Source of the DNA: Spongospora subterranea f. sp. subterranea
Lineage: Eukaryota
DNA: 46,327 bases
Reading direction: 5' to 3'
Assembly: GCA_049724395.1 (NCBI GenBank)
Contig: JAUGWO010000153.1
Location: 1 to 46,327 of the forward strand
The notes beneath the pieces were generated by a model. The model saw nothing but the letters and a program-made list of their open reading frames with translations, was not told the DNA's origin and did not search any database. Positions 12,622 to 24,600 of the stretch are shown here, in pieces; positions within the stretch are counted from its first letter, which is position 1, and each line of letters starts with the position of its first letter. A program made the translations under genes and the position numbers.

Positions 12622-14415
12622 CATGCAATTTTAGTTGTTTAAATTATGGTTTGGCCTTTCCGAATTAATGGACTGGTTGGTCGGTTGGGAACATTTTCAA
12701 ATCGCAAAACAAGTTGCAGGACATCTCTATGGGATTGACTGATGTCGTTCAAAGCTGTTCAAATTTTCTCAGTTGAAAAATGGAGATGGCGATATTTCAC
12801 TTAGCAGATAGATGTACCGGTTGGAGATGATCCATTCCGACGTATAGCATCAGTCTTTGAGTTTACCGGCGGTATCTGTCGAAGAGTCTGTTCCTGTTTT
12901 TTGAAAAGTCCCTGTAATTGACCATTATCAAGCGCATAAGGTTATTTGCCATCACAGTCTTAATTGTTTGTTGACACACAAGGTCTTTGACAGATTTGCC
13001 TGCGAATCTTTCGACATTTCGGTGCCGCTTTTTGTGTCGATCCAGTCGATCACTATTCAGAAAGATATACCACATGATATACAAATTAAGAAAGTCTTTG
13101 GGTCTCAACTTTATTTTCTCGTGTTCCTCAACCTTTTCTCTGTCAATGAGGATCCCTGCCATGTTCTATCAATATTGATACCATTCCCCAGTTTGTAAGA
13201 CGAGGCGCAGCGCCTGACAGTTCCGTATTCCCCATCCATCCTGGGTTATTGGACGAAAGGCACCTATAGTGTAGACTCTAACACCAAATTGTCCCGTTTA
13301 GATTCCACTTGATGATTTTCCAATTGTATTCCAGTTCTGTTAAATAAACTGCAGAACGTTCTGTAAATATGGGTCCAACAACTGGAGTATTATGGCTTGA
13401 CTGTTTCAGTCAACTCATGGAACATTCAACAACAAACTTTCACAATAATCAATATTACAGTAGACGGATGTAGAGAGCTATGATCAATTGTGAGGTAAGC
13501 GAGCGCGTTATCGAGAACAGGACCTACACAACCAAAAAGATCTTGTCAACATTCCTATTTCCTATCGATGAACCGGCCTTTTGTACACCGCGTCCGTCCC
13601 TTGATAGCCCCCAATCTCTATCACATATATCCTTCTAGATCGCCATCTTGATTATGCAAGCTAAATGACCATTGCTGTTCTGTTCTTTGACATTTCCTTA
13701 TCTGGAGAAAACAACATTCCTTGAAAACAAAATCTGTTCCCTCCGCATAATCTTTTGAGAAATTCAGTATATTAGTTCAGGGCGACGAGCTCAATGTCGA
13801 TAAACTCTCACACAAAATTGAACTTTTGATAACAGAAGAATAGGTGTAATGATGTTGCAACAAACGCGCTTGACAAGCAAGACGCCGTTTGCATCTCTAG
13901 ACTTTGACGGGACAATATCAGGTCTACAGTACGCCACAGTGAAATATCCGGTTGATACAACTGAGATAACCTGGGTCGTTGCGCCATTGCGGATAAATGA
14001 GATATCTGTATACATACCATAATCTAATACAGAGCATCACATTCCCCGCCAATCTGGTCTCACAAATTCGTCAACTTCTTCTGTGAAGGAACAATAAATA
14101 CATTGGTAAATGGCCATATTGCACTTCGACACACTGTTGGGCGCATGAACGCAGGCGGAAAGAAATCGCCGGAGCTCTGCCATATCAGTGCCTGCACCAA
14201 TCAAGTATCTGCTCCGGTCCTGCACGACCAGCACTTTGGGCAAAAATGGTCCCGAACTCCATTCAACGGTTGTTGCGTACGACAATGAGCAAACATCGTC
14301 TTAGTTGGGGCCATTCCTGCGGTTCCGGCAAAAATACATTTATCAATTTATTTATCAGCATTTTTACCTCTTGCGATTTCGAAATCGTTAATCTGGCATT
14401 GGCCGGAAGTGCATT

Positions 14416-14796
14416 CTAATTGCACGCTGGCAGGGCTGCTGCTGCCTGAGCTTGTTGGGTTTGGGCTGGCGCAGCCTGAGCCTGACCTTGTGTGTTACCG
14501 GCCCCCTGTTGGAATGCGTTACATCGGCCCTGTTGGGCGTCGCAGTCGGAAACCTTGAGCGTCTTGTTACCGCCAGCGTTAGCTGCATTGGCACATTTAT
14601 TATGTTGAACGGCACAGGATCTGTCCAACGCTGATGACAAGGTGTTGATGAGGGAGTTGCCTTCCACTTGGAATTGGTTGCCCACTTGAGTAACTGCTGG
14701 AGCTGTAACTCCTCCGAGCGCCTCCGGAAAGCCTTGCAAATTTGCTTGCGCGTTGATAACCGCCACCAATCCGCAGAGAAGAATAAGCTTCATCAT
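14416..14796 (-). CDS. Small secreted Cys-containing protein resembling a fungal family (NLQxFxxALGG...RSCxxQHNxCANAAN)
   Basis: Intronless, 126 aa from MMKLILLCGLVAVINA (signal-like), four spaced Cys plus a terminal Cys, Gln/Ala tail. Family resemblance is from recall. Confidence 0.85.
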   Translation of the reverse strand: MMKLILLCGLVAVINAQANLQGFPEALGGVTAPAVTQVGNQFQVEGNSLINTLSSALDRSCAVQHNKCANAANAGGNKTLKVSDCDAQQGRCNAFQQGAGNTQGQAQAAPAQTQQAQAAAALPACN

Positions 14797-14965
14797 TTTA
14801 TAAGAGTCGATGATATATCGCCAAAAGGAAATGATCATTTAAAGGTTATTCAATAATTTGAAGGTCGAACTCAGGTTTCTAGAATTGCCCGGAATGTGTT
14901 CATCCGATGGAACAAACCATTTTACGACATGCTCTGGAATAACTGTCTGTTGTTATTTACGGCCC

Positions 14966-14972
14966 TATATAA
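14966..14972. promoter_or_regulatory. Candidate shared TATA box between the divergent secreted genes
   Basis: cctatataag; TATATA is palindromic and lies ~170 bp and ~190 bp from the two ATGs. Confidence 0.45.
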
Positions 14973-15164
14973 GCTTCTCTGCTTTTACCTGATGCATCTG
15001 TCTGGACAGTAATTCCAGACAAACGATCTCTTTTCCATTGAAACTACATAGCGAGAAGCCTCTTCCAGAAACCGAGCTCTTTTCCTTTGAAACTAGCGAG
15101 AAGTCGCTGGACTTATTCATTTTAATTTGAGTCGGTTGACGATCAACGAGTTTCTGCATTCCTA

Positions 15165-15638
15165 ATGTTCAAAGTGTCGAGTTCAAATGCGTTATCGTCA
15201 GCATTGATTGCATGCCTGTTGCTATCGGTGATGACGATGGCCCATGACGAAGATGGCCCTTCTCCTTCTGGGTTTGCTGATATCGATATCTCCCGTCAAG
15301 GAGGTGATGGCGCCCAGGCTCTTGCAAACGCCGATGCTGTATGCCCTAGCTCATTGGGGGCCAAAGCGATCGAAGCCATTCGTGTTATCGCTGAAGATGC
15401 CGAGAAAAAGTTCTTCAACCCTGCGTTAAAGGCTGCCGCCAGCTCAGAAGAAAAGAAAGCGATTCAATGCCAGAAAGATAGAAATAAAGTTCTGAAGAAT
15501 AAGTGTCAGTTGACCAAGGCCCTGTTGCAGGGAGATCAGGGCCAGATCGACACAAACACGAAACAGCTGAAGAAAAACACAGGAGACGTCACGACTCGTT
15601 GCGTCGGAGTTAACACCGACCTGTTTATACAGCCATGA
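15165..15638 (+). CDS. Small secreted protein resembling a fungal family (FADxxIS...AExAE..FNPA...KNKVLK)
   Basis: Intronless, 157 aa, hydrophobic signal (ALSSALIACLLLSVMTMA), motifs AEDAEKKFFNPALKAA and QKDRNKVLK. Confidence 0.85.
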   Translation: MFKVSSSNALSSALIACLLLSVMTMAHDEDGPSPSGFADIDISRQGGDGAQALANADAVCPSSLGAKAIEAIRVIAEDAEKKFFNPALKAAASSEEKKAIQCQKDRNKVLKNKCQLTKALLQGDQGQIDTNTKQLKKNTGDVTTRCVGVNTDLFIQP

Positions 15639-15899
15639 ATTTTTTTTGTATTGTACATACTCCAACAGAAATAAACAGTTATTCAGGTCGTTAATAAGGT
15701 GCTTCAACTATGTCAATCTGGTGCCTCAAAAACATTGCTCATGCTGTCTCCGTCATTGCGCTAAACCGTCGTGTTTCATAACCATGAACTATGTCGTGTC
15801 AGAGTGTTCAACTCCATGTAATTACACATCGTCTCATACATAAACCCATGATTCTGCGAGAGAATCAACCGTCAAGCATTTCTTTGGGCTGAATTAGCT

Positions 15900-18053
15900 C
15901 GTTGCGGTACTGGACTGTTGCAGTTTTCTAGCCTGATGGCTGGCGAAACTGCTCTCGCGCCGATATTTGTGCGAAAACCAATGATTGCAGGGCGATATAT
16001 GTGGTTTGTCTCCAAGTTCATGAGGACACAAAGTGCATTAGATTGACGCTTAACAATGTGGGGGATGGTATCTTTAATTGTGCTGGAACTAGGATCGGTG
16101 ACAGGAATAGGCTGACTGTGTTCAAATAGATGTCGCTAATACCGACGATATTGATTTTGGCAGATCGTTAATATCAGTAACTATGATATTTGAAAAGTGA
16201 ACGTGAATACGTGAATGAACTCCATGTTGAGGAGGCTGACACTGGATTACCACTAATCGCCCTCGTCGGTTTCCATGGAATCTGATTGTAGTCAACATTG
16301 TTAACGATGCATCAACGAATGATCGGGTTTTCAGTTTTGTTGACATCTTGATACGAAGTTTGTCAGGCAAATCTGATTCCTCCATCAATATTAACTCATG
16401 TGCGCTGATTAGTTCAGAACATCTCTCATTTCGATGATCAGTCACGTCCCAATCCTTTTAGTATCGCATCATCCATGTGATATTGTTATCAATATTACTA
16501 CCCTACAGGCAGTTTGCTCATTCGGAATAATTAACGGCACACGTACTGTAGTACCAAAGTTCCTGTCAAGTCATGAATTACTTCAACAGAAGATCAACAG
16601 CAAAATCAATACTCCAATGGCGTTACGAAACCATTCTCATATATGCTTTTTGAATTCAATTTGCAGTCTGGCCATGTTCTTCAAATGTTGACTTTGTTTT
16701 TTAAAAAACTATGACGAACTTTGATGACGATTTCTGAACCACTCCCGACACAGCTGATCCAAAATCGAAGAAGTTCCAAGGGAGGCTCAGGAAGAGCGTA
16801 GCAAGCTTCGATATGAAAGAAAAAATCAAACATTATTTGGAGATCAGCGCCGAGAGTAAAGGTAATGTTAAAATAATTGATGGAAATGACTCCCGAATGC
16901 CATCAGACATAATACATCGGCTGTCAATCTCATGTTGAAGCAAGACAGAATATGACAATTGTATCACTGGTCTTGTTCAGGCCTCAAACCAGCACCGGTA
17001 TTGTGGTCGACTTCTTATTCCTAAATACTCCGAATTTCGTCACCTATAAAATCTCGGTGTCGTCCCGTCGATGGATGATCTGGTGTGAAGAATATAACAT
17101 GATCTAACAACTCTGGCTGTTTCAGCGCAGGTACGTTTGACCTTCCGTGGCATGCTTGTTGCCTGTATTAATGAATCTCTGCGATTCAAAGGTCCAAAGA
17201 CTGCTACACCACCATCATTAGCCAATGGGGATGGCGAAGTATAGAAACACGCTGATGACCGTGTGGTAAGTGTTCTGATTGTGTGTTGTAAGTGTTTGTG
17301 ACCAGATCGTCGAAGGAAGAAGTTCGAGGATTAAAAATCCTCAGTTTTTTGGAACAAGATCCCAAAAAAATGGATGCCGGAGAACATGAAGCGAAGGCCA
17401 TCGTCAAAATTGGTCAGGTTCGAGGTTGAAAAATTAAAATAAAAAATGATAGAGAAACGGCTTCGATGACATCGAACAAGCTGTGCCGCGACTGAAAACA
17501 AGTGTGACTTTGATGCTTGCTTAGTTTGAGAAGTTGTTGTCAAACTGATTTCCCTTGAGTTTTGAAAGGTGTTTCAATTGGCAAACTGAAATGATAATGA
17601 ACAGTGCAAGATAATTCAGATAATGAAACGTTTGACGGATCAATTACATTACTCACTTGGGAGGCGGCATGTGCTCGGAGCCTCGGACGGTAGACGGGTA
17701 GAATTATTGAACTGGGTGCCGTGCCCCTTCATTACAGCGCGGCCTTCATGAAAATATCGGTCTGACAGTCTGACTCCAGTCTCCCACGGGCAGCAGCCAG
17801 CGAGAGACCCGAACTGCGCGCGGCCAGGCTTGAATTTTGAACGGTGCCTTTGATATTGACACTCAGCATTGATTTTGCGTATCTGGAGTTCAATGTCGTT
17901 AATTTGGTCGCTATGCAGGTAACAAAATCCCCATAAAATGCGCCATATTTGAATTTATCAGTTGTGGACGATGGCTCCGCCTAATTTCGACTCACGCGAC
18001 GTTGTACTATCCATGATATTAGAGTTCTCGCAGCGTATTGGCAGCAATGACAT
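15900..18053 (-). pseudogene. Possible multi-exon gene or pseudogene of unknown function, divergent from the 18186 gene
   Basis: Minus-strand open stretches bounded by GTGAGT donors (~17996, ~17657) and a catAG acceptor. In-frame stops are present, no family was recognised and the boundaries are approximate. Confidence 0.25.
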
Positions 18054-18185
18054 GTACAATGCCGCCGCGTAATTCCGCCTGCTTGTTCATGTTTATTCAT
18101 CACCTAATATCGTGATACATAAAACAGGTCGGCGCTCGCTGGACGCGAACCCTATATTTCACAGTACCGGCGTGCTGCATCAATT

Positions 18186-19837
18186 ATGGTTGCCAAGACC
18201 ATCATGTCGAATATTCCTATTTCGAATGAGGCGCCAGAGCTTGAAGATTTGATAACCGGGGTCAAGCGAATATCCGCCATGGCCGATATATGGGGTCCGA
18301 TCAGTCATGCTGATTCAGTTTTACAGCATCTCGGAACTCAGATCGCTATAGAAAGTTTGAAAGACGGTGTATTGTCCACATCGGAGGCCATAGAAGCTTT
18401 CGTTAATTTAGTTCCGGAAGAAATACAGAATGCAGTAATGCGTGTCCGCGACAAGGTCGCTATGTCAGCGGATCCGATATCGATGCTTGAAAAAGTTTCA
18501 TTACGATCACCATACAAGGCTGCCGCACTATACATTCACGAGTGGTTGCGCTCAATGGTCACGATGGGCGATGAACCGTGTCGACTCGAGGAAATTTTTT
18601 CTATTTTGGTTGGAGATTTGTCAAAGAGTGAGCCTGGCGATCTGAGCACATTTTATCGAACTGACCCTAAAGATTATATCTCTCAACTTGAAACTCATCA
18701 TCCGCCGCATTTGCGGCCCTCAAAACGCAGGAAGTCAAAAGATCTGTTGCCAATATCTTCAGGTTCGAACCCCATTCCTAAAAAGCTATCGAAAATTAGA
18801 CCAACTTCGTCGCCAAAGGCCACGCGCACCCCATCTCCTGAAGCGCCCCGACAGGTTGTAGCAGGGAGGATGCAGGTAGAGCGTTCTCTTTCAAATCATT
18901 CGCCAGTGTTAGTGTCAAATGCTTCATCGCCAAAGTCCGCCCCCATGTCGGCGTCGAAAACCATGTTATCTATTGCTGCCAACAGTAAGCGCTCTCCTAA
19001 AACCATTTCTACAATTTCCGCGTCCAGCCCAGCTCAAGAGTTATTGTCGAAGGCTGCGTCATCGTCGAGGGTTGTCCCAGGCTCAGTGTCGAAAGTTACC
19101 TCTGTTTCTTTCTCAAAAACTACCGCAGCAGGTGTGCCAAAGACAACTCCATCATCGAAGTCTAAGACCATATTAAAACCAGTGTCGCAGAGTCCTCCAG
19201 CACCTCTTGTGTCTCTGACTAAACGCGCGTCAACACCAGTTTTCGCAGACTACTCCTTCACCTATTTCGAAAATCGGGTCATCACCATTGCCCAAGTCAA
19301 CTCCAGCATCTGTATCGATCGCCACGCCATCGCCTTTGCCGAAGACTGTGTTTGAGACCGCAGCAACATCACGTTCGAAGATTACTTCATCACCAAGGCC
19401 GAGGAATACTACAATTGCAACGTCGAGGATCGCAGCACCAGTGTCAACAAATATCCCAGCGTCAACGGCCGACGCTGCGTCGCCGATTGTCGTTTCTCCA
19501 TCCACATCTTCCTACCCGAAAACTCCTTCCAGCAGTGCTCGATGTTTAAGGTTTCCGGGCGGTGCCGATGCAGCCACGATGCCCACATCTGCTTCATCCA
19601 GTGAATTTGCCAGGTATTTATCGTTCGAGGTTCTTTGCTTGAACAATGATCACTTTCTTATTTTTTTCCAAGTTCTGCATTTCGAATTTGATTATGGGCG
19701 GACTAATTTATTTCTTTAGGCCTCTGACCTTGGTCGAGCTTCGAGCCTTGTATCCTGGCACCAATAAGCAGTTCAGGTCTATTTGGAAGCAAACGCACCC
19801 TAATGTAATGCGTTATCTGCGAGAGAGACGGATGTAA
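18186..19837 (+). CDS. Hypothetical protein with a helical N-terminus and a long Ser/Thr/Pro/Lys-rich region; apparent +1 frameshift near 19242; intron ~19614-19720
   Basis: ORFs 18186-19355 and 19288-19719 carry one continuous low-complexity composition across a frame change at ccagttttcgcag. Last exon RPLTLVELRALYP...RERRM*. Confidence 0.65.
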
Positions 19838-20229
19838 CCGGTTTGGGCAATCTTTCCTTTCAGTAAAAAAACTACTTTTTCATTATAATAAAATATTTCA
19901 TGAACGAATCATGATTTCTTACGCCTCAACGATCGAACTCAATCTCTCCAACAAAAAGCTACTGTGACAATACCTCTTTGATCTCAACGTTGTCAACAAG
20001 TTGCCACTTCTCATAGTCGAATTTTCCGAAATGTGGCCTACCAAAGTTATCAAATTACACCTAATGCTTTTTTTCAATCTCAAGACAGATCACCACATAC
20101 GAAGCCATTGAGTGCTACATCTGCAAACGGTCACCAAGCACTGTTGCGAATCACAATAGCTCGTAGTTAAGCCAACAAGACGTTGTTCGAGCTGAGCGTA
20201 GCACAGTTCGGACCATACAATTCACTAAA

Positions 20230-21171
20230 TATCATCAAAGGTCGTCCCCACGTATAGGTTGCGGCGCGTCCGGGTGTCTGCGATGGAAATCGATAATAAC
20301 ATGTTGCAACGCCGGTGACTACAAAGTCCCTAAAGGTCTGCGTATTTTGAAATTCTGAATATGATGGCTGTGGTTGCAAATCTGAGCTCTTTTTACAATA
20401 TTTTTTATACCAACTACAACCTCAGCATAATTTTATGCAATATAGACCAGTCGATTGTGTCAGCAACGCGTAAAGCAGAAAACGACTCCGGCGTTATATG
20501 GGATTGTAGTTTCCCGGGCAGGCCGCCCCAGACCTGACCCGTCAATACGCGCTTAAACGGCGAAATCATGGTTCCTGGAAGGACAACTGCACCAGACTCA
20601 ACAACAGCACCGTCCAAGATTATCGCACCTGGATCAACATGTTAGACTCGGACCATCCTACCAAAAAATGTGTATCTACTAGACGATAAAGAATTAACAA
20701 AGTTTGCCTGGCAAAACAGCAGGAAATTTTCATAAACAGGATTACCTGGACCGACAATGGCGTTGCTTTCTATAGTACAGGCGTGAAGAACGGCACCTGC
20801 GTCGACCCAAACCCCAGAACCAATCTAAACCAACTTGAGAAAAAAGAAGTTGATGCTAATCAAATGGCCAACAATCAATTGACTAACACTGGTGTTAAGC
20901 GAGTTGCCTGCAGGGTTATATTTTGCCACATGAACCACCACGTTTGGGCCAATGACAGCATTATCATTTACCCGAATAGCTATGGAATTACTGTTGGAAT
21001 AAACGACTTGTCGTGATACGGTTGCCAACCATTGACATCGCCACGGAGAACTGCGCCGGTACCGATAATCACAGATTGCCCCACGTCGACCTGGCCGATG
21101 ACAATTCCAGCAATACGACAGTTTGGGCCGATTTTGGGCACCAATCTACCTAATTTGATAGAGTGTGCCAT
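20230..21171 (-). CDS. Gamma-carbonic-anhydrase-like hexapeptide-repeat protein (mitochondrial complex I type); 3' end uncertain or disrupted
   Basis: Spliced translation VIGQVDVGQSVIIGTGAVLRGDVN / IGPNVVVH / GAVLHACTIE / GAIILDGAVVESGAVVLPGT...GQVWGGLPGK with in-frame GT-AG introns. Confidence 0.85.
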
Positions 21172-21602
21172 CGTACCGTAAATGGCGATAACGATTGACT
21201 ACCGTGTTATCACAATTGCCCTGTCTGTAAGCCCGAAATTACTGTATCATAATAATTGCGCCACTCTGATAACACTTGATCATGATTATGATAATAACAA
21301 TGTCATGCGATCCCCATTATCAATATTTAATTGTTCTTCGTTAACAGTCCGTACTGACGATATATTGTTGAATTGACGTTGAGTTGTTTTTAATGGCAAC
21401 GGATTGACACAACTCGAAGAATCTCCCCGCAACTTGACTTTGAGATTTCGAAATGATGCGCGAGTTCCCTTATTACCACTATTGTGCGCAATAATATATC
21501 AATCCATCACTGAACTATATAGTACACAGGTCCCGTGCATAATAAAGCCAACGTCATCAACTTACTTTGTTTTCTTGGCGCTTGCAACCGATTTGTTGCG
21601 CA

Positions 21603-24600
21603 ATGGCAACAAACCATTCTGGCGACGGGCGGCACAGTGGCGATAATACTTCCAGGCGGGGTGGACGTTCAAGGTCACGCCGTGCTCGAGGTGGAAAGCC
21701 GCATCATGGACGAAATTCTACGCCTCAATCAACACCAGGCTCATACGAGGACGCGGATTCTGAAATAATTCGGTTTGCAAAACAGAACGATGTCGTTGGT
21801 TTGGCACAAGAACTGGAATCCTGCAACCGTGACTTTCAGTCTTGGACGCCTTCCTTTACCCTTCCCTATCCTCGTCTTGAGGCACAGGAAAAGTATATGG
21901 CCAATTGAAATTACATTTCGACTGTAGTTGCATTTTTTATTTCTGCCTCTCTGTTATCGTTCTGTAGTCGTTGTTCGCGATGGTTTCTTCACCGTTTTTG
22001 TCGGTCGTTCTAATCAACTATGGTTTGTGCCAATATGGTTTTATATTGATTCGTTGCGAATTCCTTACCCCCTTCAACTGGCAACCCGATTTTGATTGTT
22101 ATTGACATGTCGTTTCCTTACATAGAAAAAACCCTTTGATTGCCGCTGCTGCGAACGACGCAATAGACGCGATGCAGCTCTTACTCCACAAAGGAGTGGA
22201 TCCAAATTCTCTTGGGTCCGTCGGAATTACGGTACAGTATTTGTTCCTGTTTTCTTATAATGATCACTTTACCCACCACTAGCGACTGTCAACTTTTCTC
22301 ATCTGCATTTGTCACTTGGATCAGCTGTATAGGGGACGCCTATCAAAAATTATTTTTGGGCTCTTCTCAAGACTTTTTTGTTTTTGTCTCGTCCGCATTT
22401 GTTTGTTTACTGGCAGCATGTTTTTCTTTTTCATAATGGAGTGGTTAGGCTCTGACTGCTGCGACCGTTCACGGGCATGATGATGTTGCCTTGTTTCTAC
22501 TCAGCCAAGGTGCCTCTGTCGATGTGTCTGGTCCGACTGGGTATCACTGCACTACATGCAGCCGCACAGTTCAGACGCGTAGATCTCATTGAAACGTTTG
22601 CCGAACACCCGACCTGTAACGTCAATGCTGTCGACATTGACGATCAAACTGCGTTGCACAAAGCCGCGATCGCACTTTGCTCCGGCGCGATATCGTCTCT
22701 ACTTAACCATGGGGCTGCGTACTCTATATACGATGTATTGATTCAACTATTCTCTAATACTACTCGACAGGGTTACACACGATAAGGGGGGGTTTTCTGC
22801 GCTATATTACTCATCGAAAGGTGTGGTTTCCCTGCTGTTTTAACTATTTTTTTCTTGTTTCTATTAGTTTTTATTAGCGAGTTGTAATTACTCATAAATA
22901 ATTTTCTAAAAGCTAAATTCTGAGTGGTCTTCTCTTGTGCATTCATATCTGATTTTTTAGAATACGAGAAGCACTCGAAGCATTTACGTAAGCCAAAAAA
23001 TAAAGGACGTGGTGGACATTTCCAGAATCCAGTACATCATGGTTTGCCGAGTCTATCATCCCTGCTGGAATGTGTCGTTTCTTTGGCAAATGCAACACCT
23101 TTTCTTTACGATACTTTCCGGACGGTTTCAGGTATGTTAGCAATCGTAAATTCAAACTTACTGCTTGCATATTGCTGATGTTATTGGTACCTCGTCATTG
23201 ATTGTTTCGCAGATCGTCATGCGCGTGATGCCATAGTGCGGTCCATCGGCGCTGAAAGGGTAATGGCAGTTTTGGCATTGCGCACCGAAGCTTTGGAAGA
23301 CACCGAATTGTTTAACGAGATATTGCTGACCTTAGTTCGTACGCTCAAGGTTCTAACATCTACAATTTCTGTTTCCAGTTTGAGTTCATATATGTCATTC
23401 TAGGCCGATAAACGCCCGTTGCGGGTGTCATCGAGCGATTTATGCCGCGTTTTGACTACGATGGTGACTGAGGCTTCGCGCAATTCGCTTTCCGCATTCG
23501 CCAGTTTGCTAACTCAGCCCTATTGTGCTGTCCAAATCTCTCTCGATGATGTCGCACAGATTGCTTCTGCTCTTCAGGCGGCCTGTCGCATGTAACATCT
23601 TGCCTGTTTTTTAACTTGTTTTAATGTTTGAGAATTGGCTTACTTTGAGTTAAAAAAAATGCTGGCGTCCTATGTTCTGTTTATGTTTTTAGGGTCGGTT
23701 TTCATTTTGCAATCATTGTTGCCAATTACCTTGTTTCAGGTGTATATTTGGTCATCAGCCATACGTTGACTTCAGTATCGACTTCGTTCACACAATGACC
23801 ATTGCCTGGTTGCGTCTAGTCTGTGCATTAGCCGAAAAAACACCGGTTGAAGATCTCAATGCGCTTGGGGCCCAATTCGACCACTTCTGTTTGTCCATTG
23901 ACGTTTGATTGGTGTGTGATAGTTTGATTTTCACGTTTTGCAGGGAATATGCTTGATGAATGTTTGATTGATATCGACTTTAATATTCAAGAGGCCGACA
24001 GGTTTGCTGTCCTCATTTTCGCATATTTTCATCATTCTCAGGTGAGTCAATATTCGCGAGTCTAATTGTTTTCTTGTACATCGTTCAAATTCGACTTCTG
24101 CTGGTACCTACAACAGGTTCAATCACTAAAATGCTGTTATGCACAGGTGTTTCCGCTAAATACCGCTTCTTTGCAAGAAATTACCCCAACTGTTCCAAGA
24201 CCCTTTATTGTTGCATCTGATGACGAAGCGGGTTCCATCGCCCTGGCCGCAGCCTCAAGTATGTGCTTCTGATATGTTGATATTGTTTTTTGGTCTCTCG
24301 CTGTGCACTGTCTTTTTTTTAACTATTATGCCTGCACGGTTTGCGTTTTTTTTTCTGCACTCTGTCTCTGACAGCCTGATGTCTTCACGTTTCAGGAAAA
24401 CGAGGGCAGCGTCTTAATCGTCATGGCGAACCTGGTTTCGCGCACGTTCCAAAAATCACCTGGTTTGTGAAAAGTAAACCCATATCATTGCGGTTCCAGC
24501 AGTTTGCTTCCCGGAGGTCGGTCAAACAAAAACACATTCTGCTGCTGTTTCGACTTATTCTCATTGATCATATATTTTTTGTATTCTGCAACAGAAACTT

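Noticed and set aside
12863..13162. ORF with a C2H2-like FLNSDRLDRHKKRH segment
   Set aside because: The Cys pair is missing and the flanks contain stops, so no supportable assignment can be made.
13560..13650. Minus-strand LEGY..DRDWG resembling a Copia RNase H start
   Set aside because: It is too short, needs a frameshift and has no supporting flanking motifs.
17655..17840. GC-rich stretch considered as SRP, RNase P or telomerase RNA
   Set aside because: No diagnostic motifs were found, and it is better explained as a minus-strand exon with splice signals.
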